Positions 27,851-42,603 of a stretch of DNA of 64,000 nucleotides are shown here, piece after piece. Source of the DNA: Eledone cirrhosa (taxonomy: Eukaryota); assembly GCA_964016885.1 (NCBI GenBank), contig OZ024762.1, positions 16,802,001 through 16,866,000 of the forward strand, read 5' to 3'. The translations under genes and the position numbers were made by a program. Within the stretch, counting starts at the first letter, position 1, and the number at the start of each line of letters is the position of its first letter. The notes under the pieces are model-generated. The model worked only from the letters and a program-made list of their open reading frames with translations, did no database searches and had not been told where the DNA came from.

Positions 27851-28101
27851 TTTGGTTCACATTAACATTAGTAGTGTTTCATTTTGCTTCCCAAAGTCTA
27901 CTTAAGTAATATATAAAATATAGGTTAAAGGCAATGTGAAAGAGTTTTAGTATATTTTAGTGAAGAGATGACTAAAGCATCGTCAGTCGGTACCAGTGAC
28001 TAAGTCTATTACACAACTGTTTAGTGAATAACTTCACCGCCAACACTACACGATCACTTGTAACAATAGAAAATATGGTTCTTTCTCTTATATATATATA
28101 C

Positions 28102-28134
<33 letters not shown>

Positions 28135-28188
28135 GATACATACATACATACATACATATATACATACATACATACATACATACATACA

Positions 28189-28236
<48 letters not shown>

Positions 28237-28246
28237 CATACATACA

Positions 28247-28800
28247 TGGTAGCTGCCAACTCGTTTTCGAGTACGGCCACTACTTTATATCCATGTAGGA
28301 GAACCCCTACCGATGCGCTGAACGAGTTTGACTTTTTAGTCCAGCCAGCGACTTGAAAACTCTGGTACAAACACTACACTTGTGACAATTATTGACACAT
28401 AGTGCTGGGCCCATGGTACCATGTGACGACAAGTGCAGAGAGATCTCAAGATATAAAGCAATGCCTGTGCCGTGAAGCTTTTATAGTGAGCAAAGGCACT
28501 GCACAAAGCCAGTCCCACTCTCTTAACCAAGATGATATTTACCAAAAAGAAGAACAAGTCAACATCATTGGATACCATCGGGGCTGCAGGTGCTATATCA
28601 GAGTTTTCCTTCTCCTAGAATTCTGTCTTGACAAAGGCTAAGGGGTCATCTCTCCCGGTGATTTTGGATGGCCATTGACTCTTAAGAGCTCCTTTGCTCT
28701 TTGACAGGTTTTGTTTTTAGTCCTGCAGGATGTCCAAAGTCACCCTCTTTGCCAGTTTAGTTGCCAACGACCCGACCATGAGACAGGTTGTACTGGGATA
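28247..28800 (-). mobile_element. Family X element with internal deletion
   Basis: Near-identical to 33941-34550. Confidence 0.75.
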
Positions 28801-29059
28801 CATACATATATACATACATACATATATGCATACATACATACATATATATATATACATACATATATATATACATACATATATATATACATACATATATATA
28901 TATATATATACATAGTATTAAGGATACTATTTATGGTTATGTATATACTAAAAACCTTTTATAGTTATATATACATTATACCCTAAATAGTGAAAGACAG
29001 TAATTTATTACTATCTTATTACCAGTAAGATAAATAGCTCAATGTAACAACATCAGTTG

Positions 29060-30466
<1,407 letters not shown>

Positions 30467-31078
30467 ATGGTGGCTGCCAACTCGTTTTCGAGTACGACCA
30501 CTACTTTATATCCATGTAGGAGAACCCCTACCGATGCGCTGAACGAGTGTGACTTTTTAGTCCAGCCAGCGACTTGAAAACTCTGGTACAAACACTACAC
30601 TTGTGACAACTATTGACACATAGTGTTGGGCCCATGGTACCATGTGACGACAAGTGCGGAGAGATCTCCAGATATAAAGCAATGCCTGTGCCGTGAAGCT
30701 TTTATAGTGAGCAAAGGCACTGCACAAAGCCAGTCCCACTCTCTTAACCAAGATGATATTTACCAAAAAGAAGAACTAGTCAACATCATTGGATACCATC
30801 AGGGTTGCAGGTGTTATATCAGAGTTTTCCTTCTCCTAGAATTCTGCCTTGACAAAGGCTAAGGGGTCATCTCTCCCAGTGATTTTGGATGGCCATTGAC
30901 ACTTAAGAGCTCCTTTGCCCTTTGACAGGTTTTGTTTTTAGTCCTGCAGGATGTCCAAAGTCACCCTCCTCACCAAGAAACCTTGATGGGGTTGCCAGTT
31001 TAGTCGCCAACGACCCCGACCATGAGACAGGTTGTACTGGGATACATGTTACCAGTAGCACCAACTGGTGACCTGACA
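30467..31078 (-). mobile_element. Family X element, near full length
   Basis: Near-identical to 33941-34550. Confidence 0.75.
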
Positions 31079-31347
31079 TAAACATACATACATACATATA
31101 TATACATACATACATACATATATATACATACATACATACATATACATACATACATACATATATATACATACATACATATATATACATACATACATATATA
31201 TACATACATACATATATATACATACATACATATATATACATACATACATATATATACATACATACATATATATACATACATACATATATATACATACATA
31301 CATATATATACATACATACATATATATACATACATACATATATATAC

Positions 31348-31381
<34 letters not shown>

Positions 31382-31886
31382 ACATATATATATACATATA
31401 TATATATACATACATACATAAACATATATATATACACATCTATAAAATATACATACATATAAATCTATACATATATATATATACACACATATATACATAC
31501 ATACATACACACACATATATACATATATACATATATATATATATATACAGCCAGTGCACTTTGTAAAGTGCTCGAGTTTGTGACAATAGAATGTACTCAA
31601 TAGTCTGTAACAGTGTGGCAGTAGTGGTGGTGGTGGTGTTACAATAAAATACACCCAGTACACTCTGTAAAGGTATGGAATGACCTAAGACTGTGAGAGT
31701 AATAAACAAAGGGAAAAGGGTAGAAAAACAACAGCTTTACACAAGAATGCGTAAGTGTGAGTGTGTTTATCATCATCATCAGTTTAACATTCATTTTCCC
31801 ACGCTTGTGTGTGCGTATATATGTATGTATGTATACGTATGTATATATGTATACGTATGTATATATGTATGTATATGTATATATAT

Positions 31887-32183
31887 GTTGGTAAATATCA
31901 TCTTGGTTAAGAGAGTGGGACTGGCTTTGTGCAGTGCCTTTGCTCACTATAAAAGCTTCACAACACAGGCATTGCTTTATATCTGGAGATCTCTCTGCAC
32001 TTGTCGTTACATGGTACCATGGGCCCAGCACTATGTGTCAATAATTGTCACAAGTGTAGTGTTTGTACCAGGGTTTTCAAGTCGCTGGCTGGACTAAAAA
32101 GTCACACTCGTTCAGCGCATCAGTAGGGGTTCTCCTACATGGATATAAAGTAGTGGCTGTACTCGAAAACGAGTTGGCAGCCA

Positions 32184-32187
<4 letters not shown>
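31887..32187 (+). mobile_element. Family X fragment in the opposite orientation
   Basis: Reverse complement of 30467-30765. Confidence 0.75.
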
Positions 32188-32231
<44 letters not shown>

Positions 32232-32236
<5 letters not shown>

Positions 32237-32322
32237 GACCCAAAAATTTAACAATTTAAAAACAAATATCTCGAAAACTACTAAGTCTAGCTCAATGATG
32301 TCAAATTTTTGGGACACCCTGT
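32232..32322. mobile_element. Tc1/mariner-like MITE
   Basis: AGGGTGACCCAAAA / TTTTGTGGGACACCCTG-like termini in TA context. Confidence 0.55.
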
Positions 32323-32438
32323 GTATATATATTGGAAAATGTGTGAGATCCTTGGTACAATTAGGTATATTTGAAAAAAGGAAAAGAATGACTTCACTTG
32401 TAGTCTAAATAATTTGATTTAATTTTATATTATAATAT

Positions 32439-32780
32439 GGAGGCACATGGCTTAGTGGTTAGAGCATTGGCCTTGCAATCGATAGGTTGTGAGTTCAATT
32501 CTCAGACCGGGTGATGTGTTGTTTCCTTGAGCAAGACACTTTATTTCACATTGCTCCAGTTTACTCAGCTGTAGAAATGAGATGACAGGGACTGGGGTCC
32601 CTATCATTCCACTGCAAAGTGGTCATGTAGGTGCCACGGCAAAAAAGCACCCAGCACTACACTGTAAATGAGGTTGGTGTTAGGAAGAGCATCCAGCTGT
32701 AGAAATCAAGCAGCATCATTCCCGTCCCACCCTTGCAAGCTGGGAAAAAGCGGACTAAAATGAAATGATGATGATGATGA
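32439..32780 (+). mobile_element. SINE S1, full length (tRNA head, CORE-like domain, RTE-like tail)
   Basis: A box TGGCTTAGTGG, B box GAGTTCAATTC, CCTTGAGCAAGACACTT, (GAT)n tail resembling the RTE tail at 9440-9491. Confidence 0.85.
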
Positions 32781-32991
32781 ATATTATGAGTTGGTATGAG
32801 AGAAAGAGAATTATTTTGTAAGGTTGTAAATTTAAATATATATGTGTATGTGTGTGTGTGTGTTTGTTTCTATCTATGTATATGAGATAAACTGTATTAG
32901 AGACAGTTTACTTTATATTAATATATAGTATTGGTAGAGGGTCGGATGCCATGCTTTGACGCATAGAGTTATGGCCCTTGCCATTCTGAGT

Positions 32992-33191
32992 NNNNNNNNN
33001 NNNNNNNNNNNNNNNNNNNNNNNNNNNNNNNNNNNNNNNNNNNNNNNNNNNNNNNNNNNNNNNNNNNNNNNNNNNNNNNNNNNNNNNNNNNNNNNNNNNN
33101 NNNNNNNNNNNNNNNNNNNNNNNNNNNNNNNNNNNNNNNNNNNNNNNNNNNNNNNNNNNNNNNNNNNNNNNNNNNNNNNNNNNNNNNNNNN
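32992..33191. other. Assembly gap (200 N)
   Basis: Run of N. Confidence 1.
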
Positions 33192-33940
33192 CAGATTCTT
33201 AGATTTTTTATCTGTTCCCAGTCATCCAGGGGCATATACATACATACATACACATATACATATACATACATACACATATACATACACACACATATACATA
33301 TACATACATACACATATACATACATAACACATATACATACATACACATACACATACACAGATGTATGTATATGTATATATATCTACACCCACATATACAT
33401 AGATGTATGTATATATATATATATACACACACATACATACATATACACATACATACCTACATATATATACATACATACATACATACCTACATATATATAC
33501 ATATATATACACATACATACATATATATACATACATACATATATATACATACATACATATACATACATATATACATACATATATATACATACATACATAT
33601 ATATACATACATACATACATATATACATACATACATACATATATACATACATACATATATATACATACATACATATATATACATACATACATATATATAC
33701 ACATACATACATACATATACACATACATACATATATATATACATACATACATATACATACATACATACATATATATACATACATACATATATATACATAC
33801 ATACATATATATACATACATACATATATATACACATACATACATACATATACACATACATACATACATATACACATACATACATATATACATACATACAT
33901 ATATATATACATACATACATATATATATATATATACATAC

Positions 33941-34550
33941 ATGGTGGCTGCCAACTCGTTTTCGAGTACGGCCACTACTTTATATCCATGTAGGAGAACC
34001 CCTACCGATGCCCTGAACAAGTGTGACTTTTTAGTCCAGCCAGTGACTTGAAAACTCTGGTACAAACACTACACCTGTGACAATTATTGACACATAGTGC
34101 TGGGCCCATGGTACCATGTGACGACAAGTGCAGAGAGATCTCCAGATATAAAGCAATGCCTGTGCCGTGAAGCTTTTATAGTGAGCAAAGGCATTGCACA
34201 AAGCCAGTCCCACTCTCTTAACCAAGATGATATTTACCAAAAAGAAGAACAAGTCAACATCATTGGATACCATCAGGGTTGCAGGTGTTATATCAGAGTT
34301 TTCCTTCTCCTAGAATTCTGCCTTGACAAAGGCTAAGGGGTCATCTCTCCCGGTGATTTTGGATGGCCATTGACTCTTAAGAGCTCCTTTGCCCTTTGAC
34401 AGGTTTTGTTTTTAGTCCTGCAGGATGTCCAAAGTCACCCTCCTCACCAAGAAACCTTGGTGGGGTTGCCAGTTTAGTCGCCAACGACCCGACCATGAGA
34501 CAGGTTGTACTGGGATACATGTTACCAGTAGCACCAACTGGTGACCTGAC
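33941..34550 (-). mobile_element. Family X element, near full length
   Basis: Reference copy; flanked by (TACA)n on both sides. Confidence 0.75.
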
Positions 34551-34775
34551 ACATACATACATACATATATATATACATACATACATATATATACACATAC
34601 ATACATACATATATATACACATACATACATATACACATACATACATATACACATACATACATATATATACACATACATACATATATATACACATACATAC
34701 ATATATATATATTTACATAGATGTATGTATATAGATATATATACACATACATACATACATATATATATGGGTGTG

Positions 34776-34820
<45 letters not shown>

Positions 34821-35274
34821 AAAAATGTTTTAAAGTACAAGTTACTATGGTTACCTAGCTCAAATAACCAATTAAGAGGATCACTGGACAATTAGCTGAG
34901 CCGTGTCGGTTACCATGGAGATACCTAGTAAATAATAGTATTGGTGGTAGTAGTAGTAGTAGTAGTAGTAGCAGTAGTGGTAGTAGTAGTAATAGCAGCA
35001 GTAGTAATAGTAGTAGTATTTGTAACAGCAGTAGTAGTAGTAGTAGTAACAGTAGTAACAGCAGTAGTAGAAGTAGCAGTAGTAGTAACAGCAGCAGCAG
35101 TAGTAATAGCAGCAGTAGTAGAAGTAGTAGCAGCAGTAGTAGTAGCAGTGCTAGTCGCAGTAGTGTTAGTAGTAACAGCAGCAGTAGTAGTAGCAGTAGT
35201 AGTAGTACAATACAACCACACAAACACAATTTGACTAAATTTAATTTAATTTCATAGGTAGATAGCTAGATAGA

Positions 35275-35822
35275 TATGTTTCTTTATTAGCCACAGGTGC
35301 ACAAAAGAAGGGGACAAATACAAAGGGGGAAGTTTACATACAATAAAAACGTGTAAAATACTATCACAAATGCAATTTAAAAATTAATCGATTTTCCCCA
35401 ATAGAGGGAGACAGTTCATATGGGTAACACATACCCCCGAAAAAATGTGCAACCTTCATCTCCAGGAGTACGAAGAGTTTGTACCCCTTTCCTCTCTTCC
35501 TCTTTTTCCTCAACCTACAGGCTGATATAGAGAGAAGGCCCATTCACTGGGGCCATTCTCGCCACTTTCACCCACCTTTCATAAAACTTGCTGGGGTACA
35601 GCACCTTTCTCTCCACCCTGACTCTTCTTCCAAAGTGGTATTGAAAAAAAGAATCAGTTGTTGGCCGGAGAGAAAGATGTCTGACCTCAGCCCTTTCAAC
35701 CTTGTCCACCATACAACCTCTTTCGCCATAGCTATCACACAAAGGAAAACCGCCTCTCCTTCGTTTTTGAAGGAGGGTGGCGGTTTGATCATGACAATGG
35801 ACTCGGTGGTCAACCGGAGGTA
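35275..35822 (-). pseudogene. 3' end of a Tx1/L1-clade-like LINE in a (TAGA/TAGG)n tract
   Basis: Frameshifted C-terminus AMAKEVVWWTRLK...FQYHFGRRVRVERK...FYERWVK, then a 3' UTR ending in a CTAATAAAG-type signal; second diverged 3' end at 35872-36140. Confidence 0.55.
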
Positions 35823-36381
35823 GCTAAATAGATAGATAGGTAGGTAGATAGGTAGGTAGGTAGGTAGGTAGATATATTTCTTTATTTGCCACTAGGGCGC
35901 ACAAGAAAAGGGGACAGACAATACAAGGACACATGCCGGGGATTTTACATACAATCGTGTAAAAAAAAAGATTTCTAACTAACAAATTCAACAATCGAAA
36001 TCCCAATAGGGGGGGGGGGAGGCGTTACAAATGGGTTGTTTTATACCCCGTAGATAGAACAACCCAGGAGCATGTTGTGCATGTGCTGCTTTCTTCCTTT
36101 TGCTCTCTTCTTCAGCCTACAGGTTTAGATACAGAGAAGGTAGATAGGTAGATAGGTAGCAGACAGGGAATCAGTGCAGTTATTGTTAACGACCTTATTC
36201 AATATGACACGTATCAATTCTATCAATAATGCCGGCACAATTTCAACTCAAAATATTTACCGCAAGTTAAAAATTAACCCCCCACCTAAAAAAAACAGAA
36301 TTACGAGAGAATAAATTACAGACGACATTTTAATTAATTCTGAAAATATGTTGTTAGATTAAGATTAGCTGCTTCAACACT

Positions 36382-36610
36382 TTAACCCTTTAGTATTTAA
36401 ACCGGCTGCAACCGGCCAGAATTCTCTCACCTCTTTCTGTTCAAACTGGCTGTGATTGGCCGCTCATACTGATGTTAAGGTAGTGTTCTCAAAATAAATG
36501 ATATCAAAATCTCATAGATTCAATGTTATGTGAGATATTATGTGATATATTATGTGAGGTAAAGCTTTACTGTGAAAATACAATAGTATATATAGAGTAA
36601 TGTAATGTTG
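36382..36610 (-). mobile_element. piggyBac-like MITE
   Basis: TTAA-CCCTTTAGTATTTAAACCGG; reverse orientation of the array unit. Confidence 0.75.
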
Positions 36611-36649
36611 GGTGTATATAAGACCCTAGAGATGAATAAAAAAAAGTGG

Positions 36650-36725
36650 ACCGCACCGGCTGTGTAATGGTAGCATAGCCGGCCATCATACACCAGGTGT
36701 GAGTTCGAGTCCCTTTTCCCCCTCG
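36650..36725 (+). pseudogene. tRNA-derived remnant (SINE head or tRNA pseudogene)
   Basis: A-box-like TGTGTAATGG and B-box GAGTTCGAGTC; no clean cloverleaf. Confidence 0.35.
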
Positions 36726-37028
36726 TCTCTGGAGACATAGGATGTTCAAATTTGTTAGATTATTTTCAGAGTAAAAAAAAAAAAATAATAAAAGAGCAGC
36801 ATTGAAGCTGTTAACTTTCAACTAACATACATTTGGGGAGAGGGGAAAGTTGATCAAACCGACCCCTAGAGCACCAGTAATGGACTGGGGTCGATTAAAT
36901 GGAGAGAAGGAAAGAGAAGGAGAGAGAGGGAAGAGGAGAGAAAGAAAACATGTTTCACTTTCCAGTGAAACTTTTCAGAAGAAACCAGGAATTCTTCATA
37001 TTTTGGCCACGGCAGGAATATATGTAAA

Positions 37029-37310
37029 TAAATGTCCTGGGTAGGACATTAAACTACATTCAGTGACAAGGTTCCAGTTGTTATCACTCCTAGGTCTGCC
37101 CTGGCCCGGAGTAGTAGTACCTGTTAGGGCCCCATTTATGGGTTAGATAAATGTCCTGGGTATGACAAACTACATCCAGTGGCAAGGCTCCAGTTGTTAT
37201 CACTCCCAGGTCTGCTCTGGCCCGCAGCAGTACATGTGTTAGGGCCCCATTTATGGGTTAAATAATTACCTTACTCGAGTGGCGCTGGTAAGGTGTTACC
37301 AGCCATTGAA
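37029..37310 (+). mobile_element. Tandemly duplicated Ceph-SINE-like domain
   Basis: Two ~120-bp copies containing CTGGCCCGGAGTAGTAGTACCTGTTAGGGCCCATTTATGGGTTA, resembling the cephalopod Ceph domain (from recall). Confidence 0.5.
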
Positions 37311-37352
37311 AAGAAACCTGGAGAGTATATTTAACAGCACTAAGGTTAGAGC

Positions 37353-37655
37353 CAGAGGCATAACTAGGGTCTGGCAAGCATGGAACATGCCCTGGGCACC
37401 ACATGAAGGGGGTGCCACTTGGACTAGGACCGTGTTGCTATTAAAGTCAAATAAGTCTCGTCAGAGAGTGAAAAAAGAAACTCCTTCAGATGTATGACCT
37501 GTCTTTGATTATCATGGCTGAGAAACACTATGGTGGCTGGGTCATTAAACCATTTATATAAATTACTAGACCTCCATAGGTAAAAATACAGTGCTAGGCA
37601 GAGGTGCAATTTCACTGCTTGCCCATAGGGGCTATTTTCCCTAGTTATGGCTCCG
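37353..37655. mobile_element. hAT-like MITE with 8-bp TSD
   Basis: TSD GTTAGAGC at 37345-37352 and 37656-37663; TIRs CAGAGGCATAACTAGGG / CCCTAGTTATGGCTCCG. Confidence 0.8.
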
Positions 37656-38435
37656 GTTAGAGCCCCTAACTACAACCACTAATAAATACCGTAAGGTATT
37701 TCTTGTTCTAAGCAGCTCTACTAAATGTGGTATGTTAGTATTCAGCATTCATTAAAACTTGGAACCTTTTCAACCAATTTGACATTAGAATTTCGTTAAC
37801 TGGTTCTTGCTTTTAAATCAATAAAACCATATATATAATATATATATATCTATATATCTATATATATAATATATATATAGATATATATATATATATATAT
37901 ATATAAGTAAGTTAATTTTATAATTTTCTTATTTTACGTCTCTCATATTATTGTTCTGCAACCCCATGCATTGAACCACATTGATAATAAGACAAAACCT
38001 ATATATTTGCTAGCATTGATGTGCATCTGTGTGTATATAAATGTTACTAGATATAAATTCCTTATATATATATATATATATATATACCTTACATAATATA
38101 TAATATATATATAATATTTACCTTTCCTACGGAAATACTTCATATAATATATAATATATATATATACGCCGGTTTATATACATACACACACACACACAAT
38201 ATATATATAAATATATGTGTGTGTGCGTGCGTGCATGTGTGTGTGTGTGTATGTGTGTGTGTGTATGTAAGCATGGTCTTAGCTTGTGTAGATAATATCA
38301 ACTGGTGTTTACAACCTGACCGGTTCTTTTCACAACCGATTAGTCATCGACATTTTGTCAGACAATACGATCGATATTATTGTGTATTGATTAAAATTAA
38401 AGAACATTTAGAATCCGACCTTTTTTCATTGATTG

Positions 38436-38510
<75 letters not shown>

Positions 38511-38813
38511 TGCGTCTGTGTCTGTGTGTGTGTGTGTATGTGTGTGTCTGTCTGTCTGTCTGTGGCAATGACTTCGGTAGACGAGGTAATGGGAACAGAG
38601 TGCTCTATAAGTACATAACTAAAATATATTATTATCATAGATAGTTTCCCAACAAAGCTGCACCATACCTCATGTTTCAAAGCATACTCTAGCATAGGCC
38701 ATAGCCATAGTCACGGCAAGCAACACTAGCAGATACCACGTATCTACAACCTGTGCAAGAGTATGCTTTGAAACCGCAGGTAGCATACATCGAAGTTGAG
38801 ATAGTTTTTAATA

Positions 38814-38943
<130 letters not shown>

Positions 38944-38951
38944 GAGAGAGA

Positions 38952-38990
<39 letters not shown>

Positions 38991-39017
38991 GGAGAAAGAG
39001 AAAGACAGAGAGAGAGG

Positions 39018-39071
<54 letters not shown>

Positions 39072-39117
39072 TATTCAATGATATTAAATAAATGGAAACT
39101 ATATTCATAAAACCATA

Positions 39118-39182
39118 TTTTTTCTATTATATATATTTCAAAGGTACCAAACATTTTGGTACGCTATCATCAGATAAAATAC
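39118..39182 (-). ncRNA. Minimal type I hammerhead (family D)
   Basis: Minus strand: AUUUUAU-CUGAUGA-(GUACCAA/UUGGUAC stem II)-GAAA-UAUAUA-UA-AUAGAAA. Confidence 0.6.
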
Positions 39183-39395
39183 AAAATGTTTTATAAATAT
39201 TTGACATGACCAAGGATAATATACCTGAACGGTTCAAGTTATCCCTAGAAAGTTATATATATATTATATATATATATACACGTGTCCCAACGACTTGCTT
39301 TAGCCGTTGCTCGCACCAACCAGAGGTATATATGGTCTTTAAAGCGATGAAATACCAATGAAGGTTGGAAGATCACTGATGAAGGACTAAATTTA

Positions 39396-39431
<36 letters not shown>

Positions 39432-39484
39432 ATTTAACACTTCACTGCTCGCAAGTGTTTTTTAAGCTTCATATCATGTCTCCC

Positions 39485-39556
39485 TATTTTATCTGATGAG
39501 AACGCAAATATCATCCCATGATGATATTTGTTTTTGAAATGCGCATAATAAAATAC
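39485..39556 (+). ncRNA. Minimal type I hammerhead (family C; element ~39428-39592)
   Basis: Stem I UAUUUUAU/AUAAAAUA; CUGAUGA 39493-39499; stem II CAAAUAUCAUC/GAUGAUAUUUG; GAAA 39536-39539; palindromic UGCGCA; predicted cut after A39547. Confidence 0.8.
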
Positions 39557-39585
39557 ATGGAACTCTTTTAACCATCTTTTGATTT

Positions 39586-39637
<52 letters not shown>

Positions 39638-39667
39638 AGATCAAAAGATGGTTAAAGGAGTTCCATG

Positions 39668-39738
39668 TATTTTATTATGCGCATTTCAAAAACAAACATC
39701 ATCATGCAATAATATTTGTCTTTTCATCAGATAAAACA
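39668..39738 (-). ncRNA. Second family C hammerhead, inverted copy (element ~39631-39795)
   Basis: TCATCAG 39724-39730, TTTC 39684-39687 and TGCGCA are conserved. Confidence 0.7.
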
Positions 39739-40030
39739 GGAGGACATGATATGAAGGCTAAAAAACACTTGTGGATAGTGCAGTTTTAAATCAACATATA
39801 TATAGTCAAATTATCCTGAGTTTGTTTTCTCGTTGCTTTGGTCACTGCGGCTGGCTTACCGGTCGCAGTCTTCAATTGCCAAGCTGTCTAAACGTAATGT
39901 TATTACTCTAAGGTAAAATACCGTATTGAGTGCTTAGCTGCACATTCCGATTGCATTTGTTAGCTTAGCTGCAGCCAGGGCTTCGAATCTGCTGAACTTC
40001 TATTTGTATATATATATATATATATATATA

Positions 40031-40228
40031 TAGGAACGAGTAAGACCCCGACGGCTGAGCTCAAGCCGTTTCGACGGCTAATTCTGGACCCAGTCCAGAA
40101 TTAGCCGTCGAAACGGCTTCAGCTCAGCCGTCGGGGTCCTACTCGTTCCTATTACCCACTCTACTACCCTAAGTATTGAGTACTTTGGTGCGTTATGGTC
40201 CATCTGGTTCCTTACCACATTTCCTTCG

Positions 40229-40231
<3 letters not shown>
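40031..40231 (+). mobile_element. Family B fold-back element (3' half-hammerhead plus tail)
   Basis: Palindrome 40031-40151 centred on the CCA loop; GAAA-CGGCU..AGCCG-UC; flanked by (TA)n. Confidence 0.75.
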
Positions 40232-40261
<30 letters not shown>

Positions 40262-40511
40262 TTAAAGAATGGATTTAAGTGTGGTTAACTTAGATCTTTT
40301 TTAAGTGGCCTACAAGAGAAATTTTGCAAGGCGGTACAAGACCCCTTTGGGGCCCGAAGCAGACAAAGATTTTTTTTCTTAAAATGGATATTTCATGGTT
40401 GTTGTGTGTGTGGCCTTCTTAGCTCTTGGGACCCAGAACAAAGTACCAGCTGGAGCCACCCTCCTCTGATAGACACCCCCCCCCCCTCGCATATATATAT
40501 ATATATATATA

Positions 40512-40708
40512 TAGTAATAATAATAAATTTGAAGACTAAAATCCAAAGAGGGCTCGATAAGGATAAATATATATCAGATATATAAGAACCGTAGAGCAAA
40601 TATTTATTAAAATAACAGATTAAAGTTTAAGCAAAGAATCGCTGCTTTAACCCTTAACGGGATCTTCTGAAACTAGTTTCAGAAGATCCCGTTAAGGGTG
40701 AAAGCAGT
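40512..40708 (-). mobile_element. (TA)n-embedded fold-back element (family I)
   Basis: Near-perfect palindrome 40643-40706 centred on GAAACTAGTTTC. Confidence 0.5.
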
Positions 40709-41392
40709 ATATATATATACACACATATATATACACACACACACACACACACATATATATACTGACACAGATATATATTATATTATGTGTGTATATATGT
40801 ATATTATATATAGGAAATGATTCGGTGTAGTTGATGTATGCAATGTGACAACGACAGCAAGTGCAGGATCTGACCTATTTGTCTAATGCAGTAGTAGTAG
40901 TAGTAGTAGTAGTAGTGATAATGCAATAATTGTTGTAGTAGTAGTAACATCAATAGTATATAGTGATAATGATGTAGTAGTAGGAGTAGTAATGATAATG
41001 GTGTAGTGGTAGTGATATTGATAGTAGTAGTAGTAGTAGCAACAGCAGCAGTAGTAGTAGTAGTAGTAGTAGTAATAGTAATAGTAGTAGTAGTAGTAGC
41101 AACAGCAGCAGTAGTAGTAGTAGTAATAGTAATAGTAGTAGTAGTTATTGTCGTCTGCTGAGAGAAGAAATCCAGCTAACATTGCGATTTGAATATCGAC
41201 TGTTGTATATCGACTGTTGTAGCACCACTACTACTACTACTACCGCCACCACTTCTACTATTACTACTACCACCACCACTACTACTATTACTACTACCAC
41301 CACCACTACTACTACCACCACTTCTACTACTACTACTATTAGTACTACGACCACCACAACTACTATAAAATATTCATAGTATCTTTACTTTC

Positions 41393-42145
41393 ATTTTTAA
41401 TGTGATGCAGTCATAGTACTGTGTTATACATTTCAAGAATGTCTACTACTGTGGTTTCATGTGGTTCAGGACGTTACATTTTAATGTGATGCAGTCATAG
41501 TACTGTGTTATACATTTCAAGAATGTCTACTACTGTGGTTTCATGTGGTTCAGGACGTTACATTTTAATGTGATGCAGTCATAGTACTGTGTTATACATT
41601 TCAAGATTGTCTACTACTGTGGTTTCATGTGGTTCAGGACGTTACATTTTAATGTGATGCAGTCATAGTACTGTTATACATTTCAAGAATGTCTACTACT
41701 GTGGTTTCATGTGGTTCAGGACGTTACATTTTAATGTGATGCAGTCATAGTACTGTGTTATACATTTCAAGATTGTCTACTACTGTGGTTTCATGTGGTT
41801 CAGGACGTTACATTTTAATGTGATGCAGTCATAGTACTGTGTTATACATTTCTTGATTGTCTACTACTGTGGTTTCATGTGGTTCAGGACGTTACATTTT
41901 AATGTGATGCAGTCATAGTATTGTGTTATACATTTCAAGATTGTCTACTACTGTGGTTTCATGTGGTTCAGGACGTTACATTTTAATGTGATGCAGTCAT
42001 AGTACTGTGTTATACATTTCAAGATTGTCTACTACTGTGGTTTCATGTGGTTCAGGACGTTACATTTTAATGTGATGCAGTCATAGTACTGTGTTATACA
42101 TTTCAAGAATGTCTACTACTGTGGTTTCATGTGGTTCAGGACGTT
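41393..42145. repeat. 84-bp minisatellite, about 9 copies
   Basis: Unit TGTGATGCAGTCATAGTACTGTGTTATACATTTCAAG...GGTTCAGGACGTTACATTTTAA; period 84 (41401, 41485, 41569...). Confidence 0.95.
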
Positions 42146-42603
42146 AAGAGATAGGCCTTATTAGCAGGCCTATTCAGCGCGAGAATGCCCCCCCCCCACC
42201 CTACTTCCCCAGCGAACGGGCCTGCTCTGAGCGTGTGCCTATATATATTGAAGCACACCACATGGGAGAGGGCACTTGCCCTAGGGTGGAGAGGTGACTG
42301 TGGCTTTTGTGGGCTTTCTCCCCGGGTAACCCTCGGAAGTCTCCCCATGCCCTTGTAGGCGGCTTGCAGATTTAGAGAGGGGAGTCCTCCTAGGGTACCC
42401 TACGAGCGTAGAGTGGTTTAGGTTTTGTGTCGATTCCTCAGTCACCCCAGGGTGGTCCTACACTCTATTGGAGGAATTTTCATTGTTGAAATTCTTTTGT
42501 TTATTTTTCTTTAGACCCGACTTCAGTGTAACCCCCTCCCCACTGTCCCTTTCTATTGGTCCCTGTGGCAAATAAAGGGAATTAATAACAATCATTATTA
42601 CAA

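Noticed and set aside
32439-32512. Functional tRNA genes
   Set aside because: The A/B boxes belong to SINE heads that continue into CORE-like and LINE-tail sequence; no complete cloverleaf.
34430-34550. HDV-like ribozyme at the end of family X
   Set aside because: A P4-like hairpin followed by CUAA is present, but the P1/P3/L3 nested pseudoknot could not be built by eye; kept only as an unclassified structured segment.
39376-39400. CTGATGA at ~39376 (also ~51848) and CTGAAAA...GAAA at ~21394
   Set aside because: No stem II/GAAA/stem I arrangement completing a hammerhead.
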